From positions 45,491,362 through 45,555,361 of the forward strand of contig NC_057717.1 in NCBI RefSeq assembly GCF_004010195.1: a stretch of DNA of 64,000 nt. The letters run 5' to 3'. Under the pieces are notes generated by a model. It had not been told where the DNA came from. It saw only the letters and a list, made by a program, of their open reading frames with translations, and made no database searches. This DNA is from Chiloscyllium plagiosum. Taxonomy: Eukaryota. Numbering within the stretch: the stretch's first letter is position 1; each line of letters starts with the position of its first letter. Positions 49,345 through 63,517 of the stretch are shown in pieces. Both the position numbers and the translations under genes were made by a program.

Positions 49345-49890
49345 GTTGTCCTATAAAAAATGAGAAGGTCATAACGGCAGATTTGCCGAAGAGTCTGCAT
49401 TAATAATGGGAGGGGAGCACGAATATCCCCAAGTACATATTTTCTTTTCTAGTCGGTTTTACCTGCAACAGTCATAGGTTGTGCGAGCCAGGAGAGTTGG
49501 GAACTCCAGTAAAACGTTATCTGAATTTCGTTTGAGCTCTTCTCTGTGGATGTCATTGCCTCCTGTCGGTAAGGATCTGTCTTTGTCTTAACGTTTTTTT
49601 TTGCCTGGGTGCGATTATTGAATCTTATTCTATTAGAATAATTAATTAGCAATAGCTACTGTATCTGGTCGGTTAAGTTTTCCAATAGGTTATTCTAAGT
49701 TCTGTTTTCATTTAGAATGTTTTAACTGCCATGCTTAAAGACGTTTTCTTTAGCTTAAGGCTGAGTGGCTTGACCAGTTGCATCAGATCTGGAACATCCA
49801 CTCACATCTGCCTATCAAATCCGAAAAAAATGTTAGGGTCTAGGCTATATTCTTTAAATACTTTGAGTGAGGCTGGTCAGTTTCATAACT
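49345..49890 (+). repeat. Probable solo LTR (Gypsy family related to 25450-25950)
   Basis: Shared motifs TAGGTTATTC and GTGG.TTGAC.AG.TGCAT..CTGGAA; ends GGTCAGTTTCATAAC; 5' boundary uncertain. Confidence 0.6.
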
Positions 49891-51489
49891 CATGCGTTGC
49901 ACTCAGGAAAGACATCTGCATCTAACGGGTAACAATATTTAGAAATCTAAACTGAGGATAATTGGAATTTCAGCAATAACACGGTTGTGCTTGTTTTCCA
50001 CAGAAAGACAATAACCGTTCCGTTCATATTCAATGCGAGCTTATTCGTTCTTCTTGTTTTAATGAACCTCAGAGAGCATCACAACACTTGTTAGAGAAGA
50101 TCAGCCACAGTTGCAAATATTTTACAAACGATAACCGGATTCATGCGGGAAATATCTCATTATTCTGTCGGATATTTATGCAGGGTCAGACATACAACAG
50201 CATACCAGGAATTTGACCAAAACAGTGATGTGGAGGAGTTGATCGCAACAGAATAATGACAGGGGAAATGAAACACATGTGATTAAAACAGACTGAGAGA
50301 GGGAATGATGGCAAAACAAAGTCAAACCCTGGCAGTAACTGCAAACAGATAGAGAGATACAATTAAGTGTGAAGGGGTGAACGAAAGAAAGAAGAATGAG
50401 AGGAAGGAAAAAAGACACAAAGAGGCAAAGAAAGAACGAGAAGTTGACCAGTAAAAAGAGCAGCAAACATGATCGTGGGGAGATTAAAGTAAAAAAAAAC
50501 ATTTTTTTGCATTACTGTGTATGTATTTCTTATTTAGAATCATTTTAACCCGAACAGAAGGAAGTCGGTTTTGCATGGGATAAACTGATTGTTACGATGG
50601 TAAACCGCTACGATATTTTGGGTTCATGGCACAAAATGTTTTTTTTTTTCCCATGGTTACGCTAGAGACGTTTTGAGGGTCAATGATTCGATTACAAGTT
50701 AAAACATAATGAAGATACAGTAGTTAAGAACTGAACAAGTGGAGACAATGCTGTCCATGTAATGTCTGTCCCTTGGGCCAGATTAAAACAAAATGGGTTC
50801 ACAAAGCTCCTGATAAAGTTTCCTATCAGTGTTCGTACGTGCTAGTCAACATTTCTTTTGGTGATTTCTTGACAGGCATAATGACACGTTTCCTGATGTT
50901 GTAAGATACGTACAAGAAGCATCTTTTTCGTTGTTCACCGCTCTGGCCCCAGCGGTGATTCAGTTGACTAGAAGTAAAGCACAGTGTTCAGCTATGGTCA
51001 TCATATCACTTTCTTAGGCAATAGTGTTAGAGTGATGAGCAACTCCGACCTCAGAAATAACTGCACTTGATAATAATTGGGGCTTTTCATTTGTAGTCAT
51101 TCGACATGTATCATATAGAACGAAAAGTGAGCATTGTGCAGAGACATGGACTGTCTGAATCTTAAATAATTGAAGCACCGTGCACAATTCTGGACCACAA
51201 ACCTCTTTTTTTCACAAAGGCATGAGGGGATGCGCACGGTCTCTTATCTTCAGACACAGTGCCAGAGGTTCACAGTGCACAGTTCAGATTCTTAGCATCA
51301 CTCATCGCCATACCCATACTTTGCACCTCTAAACATACTAGATAGATGAGACTCTGATAGCGTTGCTCTCCCTAGATTTTACTTCAGCCATATTTGGAAT
51401 ACTGGATGCATTGGTCATGGAAGACTGGAACAAAACATAAAATCACATGTTACAGTGATGAGGTCCCAAGTTGAATACTGAACTGACGA

Positions 51490-52880
51490 CGTCATGTAAG
51501 GCAGATGATCGTGGTCAAGGGAGTTTTTTTTTTCAGAATGGCGAACTGCGACAAGTGGTGTTCCACAGGAATCGGTGCTGTGACATCTGCTGTTCGTGAT
51601 CTATGTGAGTGATTTGAAAGAAAATGTAGCTCGTGTAATTAGTAAGTTTTTGGACATACAAACGTTGCTGGATTCGCGGTTACTGAGGAGGATTGTCAGC
51701 GGATGAAGCAGGAAGTAACTCACTTGGAGGCATGGGCACAAAAATGGCGGATGTAATTTAACCTGGACAAATGCGAGTGATGTATTTTGGCAATGCACGT
51801 GCAGATCGAAATTATAAATTGAATAGCAGAGCCCTTCACAGTATTGACATGGTGACCGTGCTGAATGTGGAGGTGCACAGATCATTGAACGTGGCAGCAC
51901 AGGGAGCTGACGTATTATAAATAGACAATTGCACACCACTCCTCATTGTAATGGGCACTGAGTACGAGGATAACAGTTTTATCGATATTTAATTAGGCCC
52001 TACTCTCACATCGAATAAAGTTCTGGTAACCGCACAAGCAGAAGTATGTGGATGCGCTGGAGAGTGTACATTTTTTTAAAAATAGAATCCCTAAAGTGTG
52101 GAAACAGGCCTTTCGGCCGAACAAGTCAACATTGCACCTCCAAAGAGGATCCCACCCAGACCTTTTGCCTTTCAGCACACATTTTACAGACTTTTACGCA
52201 CCGAACATACACATCCTTATGCAGTATGGGCAAATAGTTTGGCCAATTCAGCTGAACTGCACATCCTTCAACTGTGAGAGGAAATTGGAGAACCTGGAGC
52301 AAAACCACGCAGACCGATGCCTGAGGCTGCAATTGACGCCAAGACCATGGCGCTGCGAAGCAGCAGTGCTAACTACTGAGCCACTGCACCGCCTCACCAC
52401 TAAGTCATCGTGCTGTCCCACTTACTGGGACATTTCCTGTTTAGGTGGTTCGAGCCGTGAAGAAAGTTTGGACAGAGAGGGCTTGCTTTGACTGGAGCGC
52501 AGGAAGTTGAGGAGTGAGCTACTAGGTGTTTACAAATTTGTGACTGGCATTGATAGAGTGGAAACCATGGTGGCTTGTGCCCAGCGTAAGGGGTCAGTTA
52601 CGAAACAAAAAGCACTGGCTCAAGGTGCCACGGCTCACATTTTGGAGAGGTGTGTGAGGCACTTTTTTGTTTTGAAAGGGTGATGAGTGCCTGGAATGCG
52701 TTGTCAGAGGATGTTCATCTGGAAGCAGATACAATGACGAGGTTATTTTCAGAACGGAAAGAGTGGTTTACGTTTCCTTCAAGCGAGGACAATTTTATTG
52801 TGAAAGACCAAAATGTGGCAACACATGTCTATAAGTCGAAAGGGCCTGTTTCCATGCTGCATTGTTCTTTGTTCTTTGTT
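51490..52880 (+). mobile_element. CR1 RT and 3' end, highly decayed
   Basis: SGVPQESVL and FNLDKC motifs; 3' UTR GAAAGGGCCTGTTTCCATGCTG. Confidence 0.8.
52085..52395 (-). mobile_element. HE1-type SINE (older) nested in CR1
   Basis: GTGTGGAAACAGGCC..GGCGCTGCGAAGCAGCAGTGCTAAC. Confidence 0.8.
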
Positions 52881-54449
52881 ATAGAGTTATAGAGAATGAC
52901 AGAATAGAAACAACAAAGCAGAGCCTTCCGATTATAACTAACTTTACAGATTCTGCTTTTGAGCCCTCGACCAATGTCTGTGCATTGCAAGTACTGTTCT
53001 AAATGTTTCTGAAATACTAAGAGAGTTCTGGCCGCGTACAGCCATCGAGTTGGACATTTCCATCAACATTTGCGTAAAAACAAAATCCTTAGAAGTCTAC
53101 TGAAACTTCTCTCCCGTTACTGTAAATCCATGTCCATGGTAATTCATCCGTCTGTCTCGGGAAAATTATGTTCCTTTCCATGCTATCCATCTCACTCGTA
53201 AATTTAAATCCGGCAATCACGTTCCCTTTGTCTCAAGGAAACAACCCTGTCTGCTCTTCTTCATGTAATTTAGAGAGATAACAGTTTCCACAAAGAGCAT
53301 TTCTGCTCTCAATTTGCTTGGTTAGCTGACACATGGAATAATGTGTATTTTTATCCTCCTTTTTCATAAATCATTCACAGATAATCATGAGAACACGATG
53401 CACCAAACATTTTCAGTAAATGCTGTGTTAACCAGATTTGCAAAATAATTTGTAATTGACTTCTCAGCGTTCTTCATGATTGTATGATCGAGACAGGAAT
53501 ATTTCCTGATGGGTGATGCAAGTGAACTCTTGCTTCTTTTTTAGTTTTGTTCCTCCCTCTTGACTTCCTAGAGTTATTTACAATTTTAAAAATTGTGATA
53601 AAAATGATAGTTACACAAAAAAAGTTATACGATACCAAACACCTGTAATGTGCCTCAGTACACACATGCAAAGAGCAGCACGCATTCACTTGATCAACGT
53701 CAGAATTCTTGGACAGTCTAAACAGAGACACGCATGATACTTCTTAAAGGCTTCGTTTTCAAACCATAATACCACCCACAAGCATTTTGACAGAGATCCC
53801 ACATTCAAACCAGAAGTGATGCCACCCACTTGAACAGACTGGCGCATATAAATATCAAGAAAGCTTCACGGACGTTGCACTGATCGTGTTATCTGTTTTG
53901 GTTATGAAACATTTACATGACAATCCAATGTGATGCGGTGCTAGTGTACAGCAACGTTAACATATTCCTTTCGATATGGTTGAACAAATGGAAAGGTGAC
54001 TGTGCATTAATGATTCCATAACAAAGTCTAATACTTTTAAAACTTCACAAATGACAAATATCAGCAATTTTGCATTAACATGACATGCAAGAACTCAAGT
54101 GGAGACATATACAATGATGCTAGATAAGAATGAAATTATAGTTTCCTGCAAGGAGTAGAACATAAATGGAAATAACGAAACAGAACGTGATAATTAAAAA
54201 AGTAAGGACACAAAGTTATTTTCAGAGACGAATGGCAAGAAATTAAAAGCGATAAATATTCAGGAAAGCAGTAATTACAGTCTTCTGGTGCGATGCAGAT
54301 ATCAATTGAAAGAGGAAAATTTCGATGGAAGCGTGAAGTCAAAGAGGAATGAGAATTAAAATGAATAAGGCACGACATATTTTGTATCATGTCTTGACAT
54401 TCCAGAAAAATACCCGGATATAAAACTACTAGTGAAGAGTTATTGTCCA

Positions 54450-54520
54450 CAGAACCCGGAATCAAGCTGCACAGAGATCCCCGATCTTCAGTTCTATACT
54501 GTTGCGGCAGCTCCTGGTCA
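54450..54520 (-). pseudogene. tRNA-Phe(GAA)-like relic
   Basis: Minus strand TAGAACTGAAGATC..GATCTCTG..TTGATTCCGGGTT versus TAGACTGAAGATCTAAAGGTCCCTGGTTCGATCCCGGGTT. Confidence 0.45.
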
Positions 54521-55333
54521 GATGTGGCACATTCTGATCGCCCATTGACCTAAATATGGCTGCAGTAACAGAATTAAATCCCCGATTCTCAACTAGCTGA
54601 GGCCATTTGTTTGCACAATGGTCGGTTTGACACAGAGTAATGTAAAGGTAGAGTGTCTATTTTGATCTCATTAACAAGGATTTCTTGCAAACAATAATGC
54701 CTGCAGATCCATGTAGGACACAGATTTATAAGAGATATGTGAGAACAGACAGTCTTAATTTTGCAGTAACGTTAAAAATAATAGGATAGCACAATTACAG
54801 AGACAAATGATAATTTTGGGATTATGTCTTGTCAGACCCTAGAAGATCAGTCAAGTTCATTGAGCTGTGTAAGCGAATAAATTTTAGTAATAACTAAAAT
54901 AAAATGTTGTCCGATTGAGCAGGAGGGTTAATGAGAATAAGGGCAGTAACTGCCATATCAGAAGTCAATATGTGACAATATGCAGCTGAATGACAGAAGG
55001 GCATTGACTAACTGACTCTCCAACAGAAGCTACTGAAAATTCATTCGGTAATGTATGACAACAATAGCAGTACGCAGAAAGACTTTAACATCTAAGTAGC
55101 ATTATTTTAGAGCTTATGTTCTGAATTTTACAGAAAATTGAAATAACTAACCTCTTTTTGTATCTCCTGTGGTGAGACCTGTGTGAAATATAAGAGCATA
55201 ATCTGGTAGCTAAAGCAATGAATATTATGAGTAACACAATTCAGTAAGTGCTTACTAATAAGGAAGTATGGTAAATATCTGTAAAAGATTATAATCGTTA
55301 ACTTTGGAATATGAATAATGGGATATATTGCAA

Positions 55334-55398
55334 GAACCCAATAGTTGACGATTACGGGTTCTTGTAAACATGGGGACGTAGGGCTGCCGATTGGGCTC
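55334..55398 (+). pseudogene. tRNA-Thr(TGT)-like relic
   Basis: TCTTGTAAACATGGGGACG versus TCTTGTAAACCAGGGGTCG (3 mismatches in 19), preceded by CCAATAGTT. Confidence 0.4.
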
Positions 55399-56009
55399 TC
55401 CTTCGTTGATCAGGTGGTTTGCAGGATTTGCTGCACAGATTAAGGGGAAAAAATAATGGCACTTTTGCATGCAATCATTGTGATTCGAAATGAATAAAAG
55501 TTTGCTCAACTGTGAAATATATCGGATCATTGACCTCTATTCCGATCTGAGCTAAATACTCAGCGGGCCACGCTAAAGCCATGTACGGATTCATCTCTGT
55601 ATTCTCGTGCACTTGTGGCAAAGGAGCCAAATAAAGATTGATCGCAGAAGAGACAAATCTTTGAAACTGTATACGAAATGTTGCAAGAGCAGCATCTGCT
55701 GCATTGTTATAAAAATTATGAATGAGCCTCACAGAGTTTTAGAACAGATCTTTCTCTACACTTTTTTTTCGTCTGGACATGACATATTCTGCATTTTGTT
55801 CCATTATCATCACTGAGTTCAATTTAGTTTTGCCTGGATAGCATGTAAAACTATATGCTAGAGTGTATCTTGTTAAGGTGTAGATAATAACTCAAATAAA
55901 TCAAATTAAATTTAAACAATCGCGGTTACTCCATTGTTGCATTTGCAAGCCCAGTGCTCACAGAATTCCAGTCTATAAATCACCATCCACCATTACTTCT
56001 GGCTCTTAA

Positions 56010-57330
56010 AAGACCGACTTACTTTGTGTTCCACCTGGCGTAATATTTTGACCAAGTCCACCAGGGAGGAAATTGGAAAATAATTCAGTGAAGTCCATGG
56101 AGACACCATCCTCTGTCGTACGTCCAGATATCACATCCATAAAAAAAATAAATCAGACTTGTGAGACAAGACTTCCTCAGCATAAAGCCATGCTCACTCT
56201 CCTGCATTTCCAAATTCAGATAAATGCTGCCCATAAGAATCTTAAGCAATTATTTTGCGATCTTTACGTGAGTCTCGGCCAACCATAATTTTCGAAAATA
56301 ACATATATTTATTTTTCTGAACCGTAGAAATGGCACTGACTATCCTCCAGTCTTCTGCGACCTTCCCTGCATATAAAGAGGGTAGAATGATGTTTGCCGG
56401 GTGTCCAAGGAATCTCCACATTTTTCTCCCTTAAATCCATGGAATAGATATCATCAAGACGGGGAGATTGGCCTACTTTTATTTCTCAAGATGACAAATG
56501 GCTCCTCATTCATATCGAAATGCCAAAGGAATATATGCACGCCCCTCCCAAATCTTACCGGCGCTGAATTTCTTATTGCTATAACATGCTGATGCAAATA
56601 CGCATTAAATGAATCATCCACTTTATCAAGCTCGAAACATAAATTTATTTATTTCACTTGAGAGGGCGTCCTTTTCCCTAACTACCACGTCGTCCTAATA
56701 TGCATAAAAAAACATGTTGTGATTCTACTTAGGCCAAACTGCCAAGGGCATTTTATCGCCCCTTTACCCCCTCCTAATTTCTCCTTTAAGATTATTTTTC
56801 TTGCTGTCTTTACATTAAGCAACGGACTAGACTAACGATTACATACTTTCTTTATTCTTCTTAATTGCTCTTTAAATACCTCGTGTTCTCCATCATTCCC
56901 AAATCCTGAAATCCTTATCTTTCATCCCTGCAGGAAGGTGCTTTGACATGATCTCTGATGAACTGGCTTTTAAATGCTTGCATCATGACAGATGTGGATA
57001 TGTGGATTTAGCTACTTTTTTATGACATTCCCACAATTTACGCTTTCAATTGTCCGCCCGTTCATCCTAATAGATAAATATCCCAAATTTAACAGACTGA
57101 TTATCACTGTTCGCAAGATTCTTCCCAACTGAAATTTCAAACACTTCTTGGGTCTCGTTGCCCAAGGTCTAATACCGCCCCACTCCGAGTTGAGATAATA
57201 CTTTATCGCTTCAAGAAACGCTCCTGCATTCAAATTCTGTCCGATCTAAACAGCTGGCACGAAGGAAGTTTCAGTCAATGTATAGACATCTAATCAACGA
57301 AGATGATACAAGGGTATTGTCGTAAGCATA
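56010..57330 (-). mobile_element. Old CR1 ORF2 fragment
   Basis: Minus strand HGF..GSLVS-like RT start, GIYSMD and NWEE-like linker remnants. Confidence 0.6.
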
Positions 57331-57959
57331 GATGGATTACGTGAGTATGCAAAATGCATCGAATTGCTTTTCATGTGACCAAATATGTAATTGTGGATTC
57401 TGCCAGGGAAAAATAAAGGAAAGTATATATTAAATCATCATAACAAACAAAGCTCTGAGATAATGAGTCATCACAGCATCTACATGGTGCACCAATTAAA
57501 TATGAAAATGACAAGTCTTTGATCATTATACCTGGAATGGCGTTCAATGCGGCAAGTAACAATAACGCACAGATGTATCAGGAAATAACTAGTTGCAAGA
57601 AGAGAGAATCCATTCATCACTAATTGACGTTCAGTAGCGGTTCCTGCAACTATTCCTTCACTGCCAATATCTTTTGTATTTACATTACCCGAAAAGTGAA
57701 CTAGTCAGGAACTGCAATGTCGTGGCCTCAAGAAACACTAAATGCTATCACTGTTGGAACCCATGTCTCTCCCAAGTCTGTGAAACATCGAAATAGCACG
57801 AATCAGGAGTGTGACACCATTTTTCCCACTTTACTGCATAAGTCCACATTGACTAACTTCCAACAAGCTCTCCCCCTTTGCGGACACCTGCACCATTGAG
57901 TGAAACTATTTACTCAAAGGACCTGTCACGAACAACAGACGTTTGACCAGGTTCTATGA

Positions 57960-58565
57960 AATGCACATATCCATCAAAGTTGCTAGCCAAGTTGGTAGGA
58001 TTGTTAAGATGGTATATGATATTTCGGCTTTCATTAGCAGTGGGATTCAGTTGAAGAGCCGCAAGGTTATGCTGCAGTTCTTTCAGCCATGGTTAGAGTG
58101 CAGTTAACATATTGGGTTCAATTCTGATCTCCTCATTATAGGAACGATGTTGAAATTATAGAGAGGAGAGAGGATGCTTTCACAGGATTATACCTGGACT
58201 GAAAGAGAACTCTTGCGAAGAAAGGGACCGAAGACGGATGTGAGATTTCTTCATAAAGTTGTAAAAGATAGAGTTTTCGCAGGGCGAAAATGTTTATCAT
58301 GAGTGGGCATAATTTTAAAATCAAAGAAGAAAGAATTAGGGGAGATGTCAGAGGTAGTGTGTTTGCACGGAGTGTGGTCGGTGTGTTGAATGCATTGCAA
58401 GTCGTGGTAGGTAGCATTAGTGACATATCGCATTTCCCGTGTATGCACAATGGATGACAGTAAAATGTAGGATATGTAGTTTAGTTTGAGCTTTGGGTAG
58501 AAGAAAAGGTAGGCACGATGTCTAATGGTGAAGGCCCTGTCGTGTTCTGTTCTTTTCTATGCTCT
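57960..58565 (+). mobile_element. Old CR1 3' fragment
   Basis: FISSGIQLKS, SGHNFKI..RGDVRG; 3' UTR with TTCTATG-like tail. Confidence 0.75.
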
Positions 58566-58844
58566 TCGGCAAATTATGTTTCAATCATTAGAAATCTGAC
58601 AAAATAGTGATCAATTGTGTTTGCCTTGGTCGGACATGAAATACCAGTGGCATGAATATTTGTTCATTGAAACGCAATAATTTGGTGAAATTATGCATAC
58701 TGACAATTAAAAAATAATACAAGTGACCCAGTGAGATACGATTGATGAGAAAATGCAAGAGACTGCCAAAAGATGAAAAGCCTTTTCGTTATTTTCCGAC
58801 TTAATCTTTAGATGTAAGGGTCACATTAGAAGATGGAGAAATAG

Positions 58845-60130
58845 AAAGTGCAGACTGCAGTTGCTGGAGCTCGGAGTCGAGAGCGTATTGCAGGAAAAAA
58901 CACAGCAGGTCAGGCGGCTTCCCCGGAGCAGAAGAATCTGCCTTTCGGACATAAGCAATTAATCAGGAATGAGGCTTGTGGGTCACCCTTGTGAAATGCA
59001 TGGGAGTGGAGTGGGTTTGAGAGGAAAGGTAGCTGAGAAAGGGATAGGTCGATGAAGCTGAGGAAGGTGATAAGTCAAAGCGGGAAGTGATGGTCCAATC
59101 TAGAGGCGGTGCCCAGTTGGAGGCTTGGGACTGGAATAAGTGAGAAAATCCCAGAGAACCTCCGTCTTCCATGATCGCAACTTCCCTTCCCTCGTGTCTG
59201 AGATGCCCTCCAGCACATATCATCCACTTGCCACTGCATTGCCCTTGAAACCCACCCATCGCAACACAGAAAGGACAGAACCTCCTGGTCCTCATCTTCC
59301 ATACCAAAATCTCTGCATATATCGCATCATCCTCGCCACTCCCGACAACTCCAAACGGACCCCACCGCCAAAGATATATTTCCTTCACCATTCGTAACAG
59401 CGTTACAGAAAGACAATTCTCCCCACAACTCCCTCGTCAGGTCAACACCCCACTCCTGGCATCTTTACCTGCCACTGCAGGAAATGCAAAATCTGTGCCC
59501 ACAGTACTCCCCAGAACTCCTCCCAAGGCCCCAAGGGATTTTGCAACATCCATCAGAAATTTACCATACCTCTATCAATGTCATCTACTGCATCCGTTGC
59601 ACCCAGTGTTGGCTCCTCTCCATCGTAGAGACAGGATGCCTTCTGCATATCATTTGTGAAAACATCTCTGGGACAGTCGCGCACACCAAATGCAGCATCT
59701 CATGTCTGAACACTTCAATTGTCCCTCCCACTCGGTCAAGGACATGCAGGTCCTGGGCCTCCTTCATTGCCAAACCGTTACCACACGACTATTGGAGGAA
59801 GAATGCCTCATATTTCGGCTTGGGACTCTGCAACCACACGGATAATTGTGGGTTTCAACAGCTTCCTCGTTTCTCCTTGCCCCACAATTCAGCACCGGAA
59901 TCTGCACCTGTCCATCACTCCGCCCTCATACTGATCACCTGCTTCACCTGTATTCACCTGTTGCTTTCTCAGCTACCTTCCCCCCACAAACCCCACCTCC
60001 CTTCCATTTATCTCTCAGCCCCGGCCCACGCACCACATTCCTGATGAAGAGCTTATTCGCGAAATGTCGATTCTCCTGCTCCTCGAATGCTGTCTGACCT
60101 GCTATGCTTTTCCAGCTACACACTCTCCAC
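58845..60130. mobile_element. Penelope-like element, inverted arrangement (minus terminus 58845-59140; plus GIY-YIG and terminus 59150-60130)
   Basis: NVIYCIRCTQCWLLSIVET; termini face outward; CTGATGA..GAAATGTC at 60041-60068. Confidence 0.85.
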
Positions 60131-60619
60131 TTCCGTCAGATCATAGGAGAATTGAAAAGTATATGATTGTTCAACAAGAAGGATGCTAAGTTGTTTTCAA
60201 AAACCACAGGTCGTTTGTTTCAACCTTAGTGGTGATGAAGCTTTTGGAAGTGGAATTGATAAAATAACTGTTATTTGAGGAAGATGGGGAAATATTAAGT
60301 TAGTGTATGTTACTTTTCAGTAACTTTCCAAAGATTTTCTGTCATGTAATTTTTTGTTGTTAGATTTGCAGAGTACTAATGTTGAAGTGCTGAAAACGAA
60401 TTTCAGATCAGGATTGTCACACTTGTCTTCAAGAATGGATCCAATGTAATGACGTGCACAACAGCAACACGGATAGAAATTCGCCCCAATGACACGAACT
60501 ACAAAGTCGTCAAATATTATTTTCAGAACAGGGCAATGTTTTAGTTATTTTCCCAATATTTAGTGATCGGAATACAGGTTTTTTTAGAAAGCACAGCATT
60601 GTTACCGTCTTTGATGTGC

Positions 60620-60845
60620 AGGGTTGAATCTCAGTCAGTGCCAGGATATGAGTCTCAGTCAGTGACGGGGATTGAAACCCAAACACTGACAGCAATTGAA
60701 TGTTAATAAGCGTAGGGATTCGACTTGAATGAGTGATAGTGATTGATCGCCTTTCAGTCAGTGGAATATGAATCTCAGTCAATGACAGAGGTTGAGCTAC
60801 AGTCAGTGAGCGGAATTTAACCTCAGTCAGTTACAGGAATTTGGT
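60620..60845. repeat. Degenerate ~24-bp minisatellite
   Basis: Repeated GAATCTCAGTCAGTGACAGGAAT-like units. Confidence 0.7.
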
Positions 60846-61210
60846 GACGATTAGAGAATAGAATTTATTGTGCACTGTGAGCGAAATAGTGTCAAATGGC
60901 AAAAGGGCCCGAAGAAATTGGTCGAATGAGCAGACTAGGACCAATGACATTTCAATCAGAAATGTATGAATTGATATCTGTGCTGAGAAATTTAATTCAG
61001 AATAATAGTCTTGGAAAGAAAAACGAAAAAGGATGCAATTCCAGAGGAGACAGAGGAGAGGAGAGCGCTGAATGCATAAGTACAAATTGTTGAACCGAGC
61101 AGGAATTTTTCAGGGAACACCTATATTTGGCCCACGTGAGATTTGGTTGGAAGTCAGGCGGTGATAGTCACTAACATATCATAAAAGTGAAAGCTTTTAC
61201 TAATACACTC

Positions 61211-61710
61211 GTTATGAACCAGACCAGACCCCCTCCAAACATTTCTAGAAATTTACACAAACCTTAATTTTGATAGTTGCTTTAAGCAGATGCAGTGCGG
61301 ATATTCCAAGTGGGGATGCAACTGGTGAAACCACTCAGTTTAAGGAAAGCAGGATATATTCACAAGATTATGGACTGAAATGCGATCAAAAGAGAACAGA
61401 ATTCCGAATAACGTCACTGATCCAAAAAAGCAACCAGATCATCCCAAAATAATGATGCTGTTCTAAAAGCTTGCATCAATCCCCGCATTTACCATTTGGC
61501 TCAAAAAGGAAAAAGAAAACAAATCACAGGGTCGCAAAGGAGACAGATACAGCTCGCAACATGGAACATTGTCTTCCATGTAGCTGTTTCTTGATCCAGC
61601 AGCCTTAACCTATCTGACTTCACTCAGTGAACTAACAGACTGCTAAAACCAGATCAAACCAGAGAAGCACTTCGCTTAGAGAAATGGTCACATCCCTGTC
61701 ATTGCAAAAA
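61211..61710 (-). repeat. Probable solo LTR, same family as 49345-49890, reverse orientation
   Basis: Minus strand CTGAGTGGTTTCACCAGTTGCATC..TGGAA and GGGGGTCTGGTCTGGTTCATAAC. Confidence 0.65.
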
Positions 61711-61929
61711 TGTTGTTTTTCGTTTTCCCTTCAAACCCATTTGGCTGAGGCAGTAATTGTTAGCTGTAATGAAATTGATCCTAAAACACATCAAAGCCAC
61801 ATTTTTCAGAATCGATACTTTCGCTACCTCGCAGAAAAAACTACGGACAGCATAAATTCGTGAATGGAGGAGAATTATTACAGATGACAGACCCAAACTG
61901 GAAGCAAAAGGGCAATATCCAGGATGGAG

Positions 61930-62860
61930 TTGTTTGCTGAAAGGGGCGTGTCAGTTATTGTGCTTGAACAGGATGGATGTGAGTTGAATTGTATTGTGTC
62001 AAGTTTATCTTGTGAAGTTTTGCGATATTCTGTATTGGAGATGGTGTACATGAGAGCTGGTATGTGGGTAATTTCATTATAGACAGAATGCATGTTATAC
62101 TATTGGGGTTGAATCATACAGGAGATGGTGTATGTAAGATCGGGTGTGGGTTATTGAATTGTGGACAGGGTAGGTGTGAGATGGAGTGCAGATTCCAGTG
62201 GAGGAAAAACGTGTGCATGAGTTGTGCTGTATGTTCCGTTGTATCGGACAGGGATTGTGCAAGATGGGGAGGAGGTTACTGTATGGTGACAGGATGCATA
62301 CGAGATGGAGTGCAGTTTCTGTATAGGCGACAAGTTATGTATCAGATAGGATTTTGCCTTTTGTGTTAAGGGCAGATTGTATCCGAGATGGAGTGCTGTC
62401 TGTTGTTTTGCAGGCATGATATGCCTCGGATGGAGTTTCAGTGTTTGTGGCATGGTGTTTGGTGAACTAGTTTGTGCATTATTAGGTTGGGGATTAGGTG
62501 TATTTGCGATGAGGTGTGCATCGTTTTATCGTGGATAGTATGTGTGTGCGATGGGAAACAAGTTATTGTATTTGGAACAGGGTTGTTGCTTTGAATATTG
62601 GGTACGATTTGTATGTGAGATGGAGTGTTTAACTTACTGTATTCGTGACAAGGTGAGTGCAAGATGGCGCTGGATTAGTGTATTGTGAAAGGGGCATGGA
62701 TGTGCAATGGGGTGTAAATAATTCTGTTGACGTCACGTTCGATGTGTGAGAGAGTGAGGATCATTAATTTGGGGGACGGGGTCTGTTTGAGATAGTGCGG
62801 GGATCATTGGTGCATTGTGTGTGTGATACACAGTATGCGTTGTTAGCTTGTGGCAAAGTT
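61930..62860. repeat. GT-rich degenerate low-complexity repeat
   Basis: Recurrent GATGGAGTG / TTGTG(T)GAGATGG words. Confidence 0.6.
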
Positions 62861-63294
62861 TGCATAAAATGGAGTAGGTCATAATAAGAGTTTTTTTGCA
62901 ATGAATACGAATAGATCAGAAAATGAACGGATTGGAACCGACATGAATTAATTGTACTATGAACTTATGATCTATAGGCCATTGCACTTTCAATATAAAT
63001 CTCAAATGCTCCTCTCCAAAGATTCAGCCATTCGTGTATAAATTTGTTTAATAAATGTATCACAACCAAACGTTTGAACTTCTGAATCGAGGAAGATTTT
63101 GAACATTCTCGATGTCACTTAGACTCCCACATACCCAATGCAATGCTATCAGTTACGATGTTAACTCACAAGCAACACACGTTGATTTCATATGCTGAAT
63201 CTCCAACGAATAGCCCAGTGCATGGCACCTTTTCCCCATGGATTCCTTATCCCTGCCTATCTGGTCCAGGAGGTGCAGATTGCGCTGAGGATCA

Positions 63295-63517
63295 CATAGA
63301 ACATAGAAGAATACAGCGCAGTACAGGCCCTTTGGCCCTCGATGTTGCGCCGATCCAAGCCCACCTAACCTATACTAACCCACTATCCTCCATATAAATA
63401 TCCAATGCCCGCTTAAATGCCCATAAAGAGGGAGAGTCCACCACTGCTACTGGCAGGGCATTCCATGAACTTACGACTCGCTGAGTGAAGAACCTACCCC
63501 TAACTTCAGTCCTATAT
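63295..63517 (-). mobile_element. CR1 3' terminal fragment
   Basis: CATAGAACATAGAA tail plus 3' UTR, related to 16274-16688. Confidence 0.85.

Noticed and set aside
50176-50502. Hydrophobic 108-aa ORF
   Set aside because: It is the antisense of an A/G-rich low-complexity tract and has no family motifs.
50936-50957. Hairpin CACCGCT..AGCGGTG
   Set aside because: A 7-bp stem is expected by chance in 64 kb.
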